A DNA stretch of 64,000 nucleotides from a virus. Numbering within the stretch: the first letter of the stretch is position 1; every line of letters starts with the position of its first letter. The position numbers and the translations under genes were made by a program. Positions 20,222 through 29,447 of this stretch are shown piece after piece. The notes under the pieces are model-generated. The model did not search any database, had not been told where the DNA came from, and saw only the letters and a program-made list of their open reading frames with translations. Location of the stretch: positions 1 through 64,000 of IMG/VR virus record IMGVR_UViG_3300037225_000856; one strand, 5' to 3'.

Positions 20222-20673
20222 TGAAATTTATTGCACATAGAGGTAACATTAATGGTGTTGAAATTGAAAAAGAAAATACGTTAGAATATATTGTTTCAGC
20301 AATAGAAGGGGGTTTTGATGTGGAAATTGATATGTGGTATAAAGATAATTCATTTTATTTGGGACACGATAATTTTGAGTATAAAATTTCATTAGCTTTT
20401 TTACAGCAATTTTCAGTGTTTCTTTGGTGTCATGCTAAAGATATTTATACTTTAAATGAATTATTAAAATATTTTGAAATTAATTGTTTTTTTCATCAAA
20501 ATGATAATTGTACATTAACATCACATAAATATATTTGGACGTATCCTGAAAAATCGTTGACAGAACGTTCAATATTACTTAAATTTGCAAAAGACGAGAA
20601 CTTTACAATACCGAAGAATATTTTTGGTATATGTAGCGATAACGTTGAATACTATAAAAACAAATTAATATGA
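20221..20673 (+). CDS. Minimal glycerophosphodiester phosphodiesterase-like protein
   Basis: IAHRG, ENT, VEID, LGHD, GICSD motifs. Confidence 0.75.
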   Translation: MKFIAHRGNINGVEIEKENTLEYIVSAIEGGFDVEIDMWYKDNSFYLGHDNFEYKISLAFLQQFSVFLWCHAKDIYTLNELLKYFEINCFFHQNDNCTLTSHKYIWTYPEKSLTERSILLKFAKDENFTIPKNIFGICSDNVEYYKNKLI

Positions 20674-21686
20674 ATTTACTTATTGCATATGGAACTCGTC
20701 CTGAGTTTGTCAAAACTAAACCAATAATTAATGAATTGAATAAAAATAATTTTTTATTTAAAACATTATTTACTGGTCAACATGTGGATTTATTAAAAGA
20801 ATGTCCCGCAAATTATGTAACCAGCATCATTAATTCGGGTATTCAAGAGAATAGATTAGACGAAATCGTTCAATCAATAATGGGCGTGTTTACGGGAGCA
20901 AAAATGTTTTATGATAATATAACTCATGTAATGGTTCAGGGAGATACCACATCAGCAATGGCAATTGCATTATCTGCATATCATCATGGTATAAAAGTTA
21001 TTCATCTGGAAGCAGGACTTAGAACATATGATAAAAAAAATCCATATCCTGAAGAAGTAAACAGGAGAATTATTTCAGAAATTGCTGATATTCATTTATG
21101 TCCGACAGAATTAGCAAAACAAAATTTATTGAATGAAAGAATTGATGATGATATTTATGTGGTTGGCAACACAGTGATCGATAATTTATTATCTTATAAA
21201 GATAAATGTGAATATACTAATAAGATTTTAGTTACTCTACATAGGCGTGAGAATCATCACTGGATGGACAAATGGTTCATTGAATTAGATAATTTGGCTA
21301 AATTATATCCAGAATATGAATTTATTCTACCAATTCATCCTAATCCAAATGTACAAAAATGGAAGCATTTATTAAAGAATGTTGTGATTATTGACCCACT
21401 TCCATATGAGAAAATGCTTGATTTACTGGTTCAATGCAGACTTGTAATTACTGATAGTGGTGGACTTCAAGAAGAATCTTGCTTTTTCAATAAAAAATGT
21501 TTAACTTGCCGAATTGTAACAGAACGTCCAGAAGCAATTGGATTAAGCACTTTTATGGTTGAAAGACCAAATATGTTAATTGGGGCATTTATACATCACA
21601 TTAATAATTATAAAATAAATGTAGAATGTCCATTTGGTGATGGACATGCTGCAGAAAAAATAATGAAGATATTAAAAAATTTATAA
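20670..21686 (+). CDS. wecB: UDP-N-acetylglucosamine 2-epimerase (non-hydrolysing)
   Basis: GTRPE, TGQH, QGDT, HLEAGLRT, PEEVNR, HRREN, TDSGGLQEE, TERPE, PFGDG motifs. Confidence 0.95.
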   Translation: MNLLIAYGTRPEFVKTKPIINELNKNNFLFKTLFTGQHVDLLKECPANYVTSIINSGIQENRLDEIVQSIMGVFTGAKMFYDNITHVMVQGDTTSAMAIALSAYHHGIKVIHLEAGLRTYDKKNPYPEEVNRRIISEIADIHLCPTELAKQNLLNERIDDDIYVVGNTVIDNLLSYKDKCEYTNKILVTLHRRENHHWMDKWFIELDNLAKLYPEYEFILPIHPNPNVQKWKHLLKNVVIIDPLPYEKMLDLLVQCRLVITDSGGLQEESCFFNKKCLTCRIVTERPEAIGLSTFMVERPNMLIGAFIHHINNYKINVECPFGDGHAAEKIMKILKNL

Positions 21687-22468
21687 TGAAAAAAGTATTA
21701 GTAATTGGTGACGGTTGCAAAGATGTGTTTCAATATGGAAAGTGTGAAAGGTTAAGTCCTGAAGCACCAGTACCTATATTTAAACCAACAAAAGCAAATA
21801 ATAATGGTGGCATGGCAGTGAATGTTTATAATAATCTTAAAGCATTAGGTGTTGAATGCGATATTTTAACCGAAAGCGGTATTACAAAAACCCGTTATGT
21901 TGATGAAATCAGTAATCAAATGCTACTCCGAGTTGATGAAAATGATATGATTTTTACGAGTCCAAGAATGTATGATAAAATCATGAATTTTGATTATAGT
22001 GCATATGATGCAGTAGTTATATCTGATTATGATAAAGGTTTATTAAGTGAAAAAATGATTAAACGTATTGCAATTAGCAATCCATTGACGTTCATGGATA
22101 CCAAGAAGAATATTAGCAATTGGGCAACATTTATAAAATTCATTAAAATAAATAAAAAAGAGTTTGATCAAAATGAAGGTTATTTAACACTTCATTTTCC
22201 AAATGACGTTATTGTGACATTAGGTGAAGCTGGTGCGATGCGTTATTATAATGATAATGGCGCATGTAGAACTGAGATGTATCCAAATGTTAATGAACAT
22301 CCTGTACGTGATCTTACAGGTGCAGGTGATACTTTTTTTGCAGGACTTGTTGCGAAATTCATAGAAAATAACGATATTTGTGATGCAATTATATTTGCAA
22401 ACAAATGTGCTGCTTGGGCAGTAACGCAAAAAGGTGTGGCAGTGGTTGATAGATATAAAATTAAATAA
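21686..22468 (+). CDS. Heptose-7-phosphate kinase (HldA/RfaE kinase domain, PfkB family)
   Basis: RLSPEAPVP, KTRY, LLRVD, SDYDKG, DLTGAGDTF motifs. Confidence 0.88.
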   Translation: MKKVLVIGDGCKDVFQYGKCERLSPEAPVPIFKPTKANNNGGMAVNVYNNLKALGVECDILTESGITKTRYVDEISNQMLLRVDENDMIFTSPRMYDKIMNFDYSAYDAVVISDYDKGLLSEKMIKRIAISNPLTFMDTKKNISNWATFIKFIKINKKEFDQNEGYLTLHFPNDVIVTLGEAGAMRYYNDNGACRTEMYPNVNEHPVRDLTGAGDTFFAGLVAKFIENNDICDAIIFANKCAAWAVTQKGVAVVDRYKIK

Positions 22469-22469
22469 T

Positions 22470-22847
22470 ATGATAGAAATTACACATGTAACAAATAAAA
22501 AAATACACGTACCGAAAGCATGGGGCGAAGAAGTTATTATTCACAATGGAGAAGATTATTGTGGAAAATTATTGCGTTTTAGAAAAGGTGGTATGTTCAG
22601 CCTACATTTTCATTCTTTAAAGACGGAATCATTTTATGTTAATAAAGGTATTTTTAACTTAACCACAATTGATACAAGAACTGCTGCAAGACAGCATATT
22701 AGTCTTGTAGAAGGAGATATTATTCATATTGAACGCAATACTCCACATCAACTGGAAGCACTTGAAGAAAGTGAAATATTTGAAGTAAGCACACCACATA
22801 ATGATAATGATAGTTATAGAATAGAGAAAGGAGATAGTCAATGTTAA
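22470..22847 (+). CDS. Cupin sugar-phosphate isomerase-like protein
   Basis: PKAWG.E, SLHFH..K.E, PHQL, EVSTP...DSYR resemble the type II mannose-6-phosphate isomerase cupin domain. Confidence 0.75.
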   Translation: MIEITHVTNKKIHVPKAWGEEVIIHNGEDYCGKLLRFRKGGMFSLHFHSLKTESFYVNKGIFNLTTIDTRTAARQHISLVEGDIIHIERNTPHQLEALEESEIFEVSTPHNDNDSYRIEKGDSQC

Positions 22848-23131
22848 TTTACGTAGATATTGATAACACAATTTGTACAACTATTGATAGTGATTATAAG
22901 AATTCCAAACCGATTCAAGAAAATATTGATAAAATAAATCGACTTTATAATGAAGGCAATACGATTGTTTATTGGACTGCTCGTGGCAGAGTTACACGTA
23001 AAAATTGGTCAATTTTAACTCGTAAACAACTGAGAGATTGGGGATGTTTGCATCATAAACTAGATATGAGTAGCAAACCTGCATATGATAGAATTATCGA
23101 TGATAAAGCGTTTAAAATTAATGAATTATGA
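22841..23131 (+). CDS. Small HAD-family phosphatase
   Basis: VDIDNTIC, WTARG, KP, IDDKA (HAD motifs I-IV). Confidence 0.8.
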   Translation: MLIYVDIDNTICTTIDSDYKNSKPIQENIDKINRLYNEGNTIVYWTARGRVTRKNWSILTRKQLRDWGCLHHKLDMSSKPAYDRIIDDKAFKINEL

Positions 23132-23562
23132 ATATTTGGACTAATGGTTGTTTTGACATCTTACATACAGGGCATATTGAGTTATTGAATTATGCAAAGA
23201 TGTTTAATCCAGATTTTGAAATATTTTATACACCACTTATTGTTCACAACACTTTATTTGTTGGACTTGATAGTGATGAAAGAGTTAAAAATTTAAAAGG
23301 AGATAAACGACCAATAAATGACATTGACACACGTTTAACAATAATGCGTAATTTGAGAATGGTTGATGAAGTATTTATATTTAATACAGATGATGAACTG
23401 CGACAATTAGTTAAAGAATTGAGTATTGATTATATGATTGTTGGTAATCAATATCAAGATAAAGAAGTAATTGGACATGAGAATTCGAAATATGGTGTAA
23501 TCTATTATAAAGTAGACGAGAGGTCAACAACAAATATTATTGAAAAAATTAAAAATTCATGA
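23128..23562 (+). CDS. Heptose-1-phosphate nucleotidyltransferase (HldC/RfaE2-like)
   Basis: TNGCFDILHTGH, GLDSD, LKGDKRPIN, STTNII motifs. Confidence 0.88.
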   Translation: MNIWTNGCFDILHTGHIELLNYAKMFNPDFEIFYTPLIVHNTLFVGLDSDERVKNLKGDKRPINDIDTRLTIMRNLRMVDEVFIFNTDDELRQLVKELSIDYMIVGNQYQDKEVIGHENSKYGVIYYKVDERSTTNIIEKIKNS

Positions 23563-24467
23563 TAGTAGTAACAGGTGGTGAAGGATTTATTGGCAAAAAT
23601 CTTGTTAAAGAGTTGGAAAGACAGGGCAATATTGGTGTTGTAAGTCTTGATACAAAAACCGAAAATCTTGGTTTTATTTATTCTTGGCTTTTAACCTATG
23701 CTGATCAAATTGATTGTATATTTCACCTTGGAGCAATTACCGATACTACTGAAATGAATAAGAGTTTATTCGATGAATATAATGTTGAATCTTCAATTTT
23801 TATCTGGAATTTATGTTCAGATTGGGGTATACCATTGATTTATGCAAGTTCTGCAGCAACATATGGTGATGGTAAAGAAGGATTTGATGATGAGAAGGAT
23901 ATTATTAATCTTAAACCATTAAATCCATATGGCTGGTCAAAACAACAATTTGATATATGGGCAGAAATTCAAGAGCAACAACCACCAAACTGGTATGGTC
24001 TGAAGTTTTTCAATGTATACGGGTATGGAGAAGCACAGAAAGGTAAAATGGCATCAGTTGCTTTTCACATGTTCAATCAGATTGACGAATCAAAAAAAGT
24101 TAAATTATTCAAATCACATCGTCCAGATTATGAAAACGGTGAACAAAAAAGAGATTTCATTTATATTGATGATATAGTTGATGTTTGTTTATTTTTATAC
24201 GATAAAAAACCACTTTCAGGTATTTATAATGTAGGTACTGGAAAAGCACGTACATTTAATGATCTTGGCAGCGCAGTTTTTAAAAGTCTTGATATTCCGC
24301 TTTTAATTGATTATATTGACACTCCGATTTTAATCAGAGATAAATATCAATATTTTACTGAAGCTAAGATTAATAAGTTGAGGATGACTGGTTATAAAAA
24401 ACCTTTTAGTGAGTTAGAAGATGGTATTTCGAAATATATAAATAAATTAAATGATAAAACTTGCTAA
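23559..24467 (+). CDS. hldD: ADP-L-glycero-D-manno-heptose 6-epimerase
   Basis: FHLGAITDTTE, YASSAATYG, PLNPYGWSK, FFNVYG, KGKMASV, RDFIYIDD, YQYFTEA motifs. Confidence 0.92.
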   Translation: MIVVTGGEGFIGKNLVKELERQGNIGVVSLDTKTENLGFIYSWLLTYADQIDCIFHLGAITDTTEMNKSLFDEYNVESSIFIWNLCSDWGIPLIYASSAATYGDGKEGFDDEKDIINLKPLNPYGWSKQQFDIWAEIQEQQPPNWYGLKFFNVYGYGEAQKGKMASVAFHMFNQIDESKKVKLFKSHRPDYENGEQKRDFIYIDDIVDVCLFLYDKKPLSGIYNVGTGKARTFNDLGSAVFKSLDIPLLIDYIDTPILIRDKYQYFTEAKINKLRMTGYKKPFSELEDGISKYINKLNDKTC

Positions 24468-25089
24468 CATTATTTATGAAAAAGAATTGATAAATCACAC
24501 AAAAGTTGATTATGTTAATTATTTCAATTCATCTACCGAATATAATAAAGTAGATAAAACACTACCTACATTATATGTGGGATGGTCGTTCATGAAATCC
24601 TGCAATCCCTTTAATGAGATTATTCAAAATGCTAATATTCTTCATAAAAAGATAATTGCAAATGAGTTATATTGGGAATGTAGTTTTGAAGAAAGTGAAC
24701 CATCACATGTAAAAGGCATTAAAAAATTTGTTAGCTTAGTACCACAATTTTATTTTCAACCAAAATATAATTTTATAAACTTAGACCCATTATTTTTTCA
24801 AATAACTGATATTGAAGGATTAATGGATGTTCTCCCAAAAGAAATTGATTTTTTATATAATTTTAAAAATGAAATGATTTATTTATTGGCGGGTAATAAG
24901 ATCACTGGCATCGATTTGCTGATGTATAAAAATTTTAAATTTAATACCTTAGAAATTCTTGCAAGAATACAAGAAAGAACAAAAAAATATCAGAATGATT
25001 TAGATGGTAGCATATATCTATCATATTATAAAATACTTCCAGATTTTTCTCACCTTAAAAGATATCTAATAGTTATATTGTCAATTTGA
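24451..25089 (+). CDS. Hypothetical protein
   Basis: 212-aa ORF coupled to hldD, with an LPTLYVGW motif. Confidence 0.6.
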   Translation: MIKLANIIYEKELINHTKVDYVNYFNSSTEYNKVDKTLPTLYVGWSFMKSCNPFNEIIQNANILHKKIIANELYWECSFEESEPSHVKGIKKFVSLVPQFYFQPKYNFINLDPLFFQITDIEGLMDVLPKEIDFLYNFKNEMIYLLAGNKITGIDLLMYKNFKFNTLEILARIQERTKKYQNDLDGSIYLSYYKILPDFSHLKRYLIVILSI

Positions 25090-25127
25090 ATATAACGTAG
25101 TATTTATATAAAATAAATTATAATACT

Positions 25128-25322
25128 ATGAAAGATAAACTTAAAAAAGCACTTGACGATTTTGTCGAAACTCCTAAGACTGAAGAAGAATTAGCTGAAA
25201 AATCAAAAAATGACAACGTAAAAAAGATTGTTCTTGATGAAAGAGACGGTCTCATTGTCGAACGCATTGATAAAGTATTTGTAACTAAAGAGGGAAAACA
25301 GCTACTTCGTGAAATATATTAA
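25128..25322 (+). CDS. Small hypothetical late protein
   Basis: 64-aa ORF starting 27 nt after TATTTATA at 25101. Confidence 0.55.
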   Translation: MKDKLKKALDDFVETPKTEEELAEKSKNDNVKKIVLDERDGLIVERIDKVFVTKEGKQLLREIY

Positions 25323-25334
25323 TAATATTCGACA

Positions 25335-26156
25335 ATGAAAAATGAAAAAAAAGATAACCTTTTAGCGGAACATCTAAGAAAGATTAAATATCGTGTTGGT
25401 TATAAAATCAACGAAACTCCTAAATATCGTCCACTGGTAAATGATAATGAGGAATTTGATGCTGTTCCAGATAGTATATATGCTACGAAGGACGGTCAAC
25501 CAGTTCCTACAAGTCAGGGATTAACCAATGAAGCTGGTGATCAAGAAGATGCTCCTAAACCAGAAGGACAAGAACCTCCTGCGCCTTCGAATGATCAACC
25601 ACAAAATACTGATGCTCCACAGGCAGGTGCTCCAGTAGATGCTCCTGTACCAGCATTTGATAAAACTGGTGGAGATAGTCAATTACCACCACCCCCAGAA
25701 GGTGGCGAACCAGTAAACCCAATGGGTGATATGATTGGCGGTCCTCAGGCTTCAGACCCTATGGGTGCTCCTGACCCGTCACAAGAAGTAAATAGAATGC
25801 AAAACGATATTATTAAACATAATATTGAAGCCATGAAAAGCATTCATGACCAATTAGAAAGTCTTAATGCAACTGTTCAGGCTTTAAATGCACAGTCAAA
25901 AACACTTAGTGCTGAAGTTGAAGAAGTTCGTGAACCTACAAATACTGAGAAACTTATGAGCAAGAAAAACGTAAGTTATCCTTATTATTTTAATTTAAAT
26001 GATTTCTGGAATGGCAATTGGTTTACTGAACAGAGAGAAAAAGAGCATGAAAAAGGCATTAATGAATTACCAGATGGTACATTTGTTGCTGATTTCGATG
26101 ATTTACCACAAAAATCTAAAATTGACGTACAAAATAGTTTTAATGAAATAAATTAA
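25335..26156 (+). CDS. Pro/acidic-rich putative head or scaffold-associated protein
   Basis: Low-complexity P/Q/D linker, coiled coil, SYPY motif, INE/TNE sites. Confidence 0.5.
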   Translation: MKNEKKDNLLAEHLRKIKYRVGYKINETPKYRPLVNDNEEFDAVPDSIYATKDGQPVPTSQGLTNEAGDQEDAPKPEGQEPPAPSNDQPQNTDAPQAGAPVDAPVPAFDKTGGDSQLPPPPEGGEPVNPMGDMIGGPQASDPMGAPDPSQEVNRMQNDIIKHNIEAMKSIHDQLESLNATVQALNAQSKTLSAEVEEVREPTNTEKLMSKKNVSYPYYFNLNDFWNGNWFTEQREKEHEKGINELPDGTFVADFDDLPQKSKIDVQNSFNEIN

Positions 26157-26157
26157 T

Positions 26158-26643
26158 ATGATTAAAAATGATAAAAGAAAACTATTTGAAGTTTTTGAAA
26201 AAGTGAACAAAATCAACCTCAAAGAATGGTATGATGATGAATATTATGGTAAAGCACCACAAGCTCCAAAAGGTATTGGTAATTTTAATGCTATTGATTG
26301 GGTAGTATTGCATGAACAATTGATATTAAATACAAATATTATTAAGGCAGGTAATAAGAGTACTGAAAAACATTTGGCTGCTACTATTAATGATTTAACT
26401 GATTCCGATGGTATGTTAAGTCCAGAAGAATTACAACATCTTCAAGATTTTGGATTAATTAATATAAATGGTATGTTTACAGGTCTTAATAGTCAATTCC
26501 CAATAATTGAAAATAAAAAATATTTTGATTTTAATACATTTAAAAGAAAAGCTGCTGAAATCTGGAGTGAAGAAGCACCAGTTCAACAAAGAAATAATGA
26601 TTCCGAAGCACCATATTTAAGAGGTAGAGAACCAGAAAGTTAA
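26158..26643 (+). CDS. Putative internal head protein
   Basis: N-terminal leader KLFEVFEKVNKINLKE, shared with the next two genes. Confidence 0.45.
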   Translation: MIKNDKRKLFEVFEKVNKINLKEWYDDEYYGKAPQAPKGIGNFNAIDWVVLHEQLILNTNIIKAGNKSTEKHLAATINDLTDSDGMLSPEELQHLQDFGLININGMFTGLNSQFPIIENKKYFDFNTFKRKAAEIWSEEAPVQQRNNDSEAPYLRGREPES

Positions 26644-26645
26644 TA

Positions 26646-27095
26646 ATGAAAGTTTTTAATTCATACGGCACTCCAGAACGTCTTTTTGAAATGATGAAAA
26701 GGGTTAATAAACTCAATGAAGAAATTCTTCCAACAGAGAAAAAAAATGAGGTTATTAAAGAACTTATTGCTTTTGTAATGGAAAAACTTGGTTTATCCGA
26801 AGATCAGATGCCAAATATAGTTATATCATATGATGAGAATGAAGCTGCAGGTATGCATTCATTTGGTAAATATACACCAGAAACTAATGAATTAAGAGCA
26901 GTTGGGGCAAATAGAAATTTTGCTGATGTTTGCAGAACAGTGGTACATGAATTAAAACATAATGAACAAAGAATAAAAGGAATTTTAAAACCTAATTCAA
27001 ACGATACGGGCAGCGAAATAGAGAATGAGGCAAATGCGTTTGCTGGTGTTATAATGAGAGAGTTTGGTCAAAAACATCCAATAATTTTTGAATAA
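26646..27095 (+). CDS. HExxH zinc metallopeptidase-like protein with shared leader
   Basis: VVHELKHNEQ and ENEANAFA; leader ERLFEMMKRVNKLNE. Confidence 0.65.
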   Translation: MKVFNSYGTPERLFEMMKRVNKLNEEILPTEKKNEVIKELIAFVMEKLGLSEDQMPNIVISYDENEAAGMHSFGKYTPETNELRAVGANRNFADVCRTVVHELKHNEQRIKGILKPNSNDTGSEIENEANAFAGVIMREFGQKHPIIFE

Positions 27096-27108
27096 TAATA
27101 TAAAAAAA

Positions 27109-28584
27109 ATGAAAGTATTTAAACCAACAGGTAGTAAAGAAAGATTTGCTGAAATATTTCAGGGAGTCAATAAAGTTAAATTAAATGAAGGTTTCGGACA
27201 GAGTTATAATCCACAAGCTGTTCTTGAAATGGCATTTGAAGGACTAAAAAATGGTACTCTTAATATTGTGCATAGTAATTCACAAGGAGAGGGCGAACAA
27301 AGTTTTATTGAACTGGTTTGTAAAGACAAACAAGGCAATAACATAACATTTACATTTAAAACATTATCAAGTGCTGACGATCAGGAAGGTGTTTATAATA
27401 TTGATAAAACCATAATGACAAATTTTTCATTTGATGACCAAACTGGTGAAGATAGTGTTGAAATGGATGAAAATGCATTAAAACAATTTAATGCACAACA
27501 TGCCAATGATTTATTTGATGCTGTTAAAGAATATATTGATGTTGAAGAAGAAGAACCAGCAATAGATGAGTTATATGAAGATGCAATTAGGAAAATTGAT
27601 TCGAGTCCATTTGGTAAAGACAGTTTTGATAAATTGCAAACAGGTAAAGCATATGCTGATGAAAAACCAGTTAATCCTGCAATAAGAGTAAAATCTCCTG
27701 AATTAGATAAATTTGTTAGTGAAGATGCAAACAGTCTGTTACATTTTTCACAGGCAGCACGTGATGCAGGTAGTAGTTTTAAAACAAAATTAGCTGTGTC
27801 ATATCAACATGTACTTGCTAATACACTTAAAGATATTGGTATTACAATTCAAAACATTGAAGACATTGATAACCAGAAATATAAAATTACTGCAGAATAC
27901 CAAGGACAACCACGTACATTTACAATTAATGGAGGTAAATTTAATAATGCTGCAAAAGTAAGAGAATTGCTGAAAAAAGCATTGAAAATTGGTGTTGAGG
28001 AAAGTTTATATGAAGAAGAAGCAAAAATAGCTGGTGATTATCCAGACCCAATGGGTAAGAAATTCAAACCAAAAGAACATTATCCAAAGAAAAAGAGAAA
28101 ACCGCAAACTACTGTTAAATTAAGTGAACAGGATGAAGAAAATAATTATGAAGAAACATCTGATTCAAATATTCCAATAGATAAAAGAGCAAAAAAAACA
28201 GCACAGTCCGATATGCACAAAGAATTTAATCGTACAATACCATATGATACAAAATTTAATGCTGGCATGGATGAAAAAGCTGAAGAACCATTAACTGGCG
28301 ATGATAATGTTACAGACACTGAATTTATGAATAAAGAGCGTCAGGGATTACAAGGTGGTGAAGATGATGTTAATCCAGATACTACCAACGATGTTAACCC
28401 AGAAACAGAAATGGGTACTGAAAATGATGTTGAAGCAGGTGATGGTATGACTCCTGAACCAGATTTTGATAAAATGGGAATGGGAATTGGTAGTGATTGG
28501 GATAAAAAGACAAGAGGAACTGATAATGAGCTAGAAAATGATGATGTTATTAATAATTTTAATATGAATTTTTTCTTGAAATGA
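27109..28584 (+). CDS. Large acidic putative head protein
   Basis: The start MKVFKPTGSKERFAEIFQGVNKVKLNE parallels the previous gene; acidic low-complexity C-terminus. Confidence 0.5.
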   Translation: MKVFKPTGSKERFAEIFQGVNKVKLNEGFGQSYNPQAVLEMAFEGLKNGTLNIVHSNSQGEGEQSFIELVCKDKQGNNITFTFKTLSSADDQEGVYNIDKTIMTNFSFDDQTGEDSVEMDENALKQFNAQHANDLFDAVKEYIDVEEEEPAIDELYEDAIRKIDSSPFGKDSFDKLQTGKAYADEKPVNPAIRVKSPELDKFVSEDANSLLHFSQAARDAGSSFKTKLAVSYQHVLANTLKDIGITIQNIEDIDNQKYKITAEYQGQPRTFTINGGKFNNAAKVRELLKKALKIGVEESLYEEEAKIAGDYPDPMGKKFKPKEHYPKKKRKPQTTVKLSEQDEENNYEETSDSNIPIDKRAKKTAQSDMHKEFNRTIPYDTKFNAGMDEKAEEPLTGDDNVTDTEFMNKERQGLQGGEDDVNPDTTNDVNPETEMGTENDVEAGDGMTPEPDFDKMGMGIGSDWDKKTRGTDNELENDDVINNFNMNFFLK

Positions 28585-29447
28585 AAACAAATTTATGTAA
28601 ATGCGGTTGTGGTAATCTATGTGAACAAAACTACCTAAAGGGACATGGTCGGAAGGGTAAAAAAAATAGTATTGAGCATAATATTAAAATATCTAAGGGA
28701 AATATTGGTAAAAAATGTAGCTATGAAACTAAAGAAAAATTAAAGGAAATTAATTTAGGTAGAAAGCATACAGAAGAAACTAAGCAAAAGATTTCAAAAA
28801 TAGCCAAAGAAAAAGAATTTGGAAAATGGATGATAGGAAAAGAAGTGTCTGAAGAAACGAGAAATAAAATAAGCGAGAGCAATATTGGACGTGTAACATC
28901 AGAAGAAACGAGAAATAAAATATCGTTAGCAAATTCTGGAGAAAATAACGGAATGTATGGTAAAACCCATTCTGATGAATATAAAGAAACGTTGAGAAAT
29001 AATGCCGTAAATCTTAGAAAAAATGCACATACACCAGAAGCAATTGAAAAAATGAGAATTAAAATGATTGGGAGAAAAACATCTTCAGAAATTAAAAGAA
29101 AAATGAGAATCTCAAAAATTGAATTTATTAAAAATAAAAATGGTGGGATTTGTCCAATGCATAATATTAATGCTTGTAAATATTTAGATGATTTATCTAA
29201 AATTAATGAGTGGAATTTACAACATGCATTAAATGGTGGTGAATTTTATGTTTCAGAATTGGGATATTTTGTTGATGGATATGATATTAATAAAAATATT
29301 GTTGTTGAATATGACGAACCGCTTCATTATAATAGAAACGGTGAATTAAAAAATAAAGATATTATTAGACAAAACGAAATAATTAATCATCTAAGATGTA
29401 AATTTTTTAGATATAATGAAAAGAAAGGAATTTTATATGAAATTTAA
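28581..29447 (+). mobile_element. NUMOD3-repeat homing endonuclease with C-terminal PD-(D/E)XK/Vsr-like domain
   Basis: CKCGC, repeated (H/T)SEETR.KIS, N.MYGKTHS, VDGYD....VEYDE..H motifs. Confidence 0.8.
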
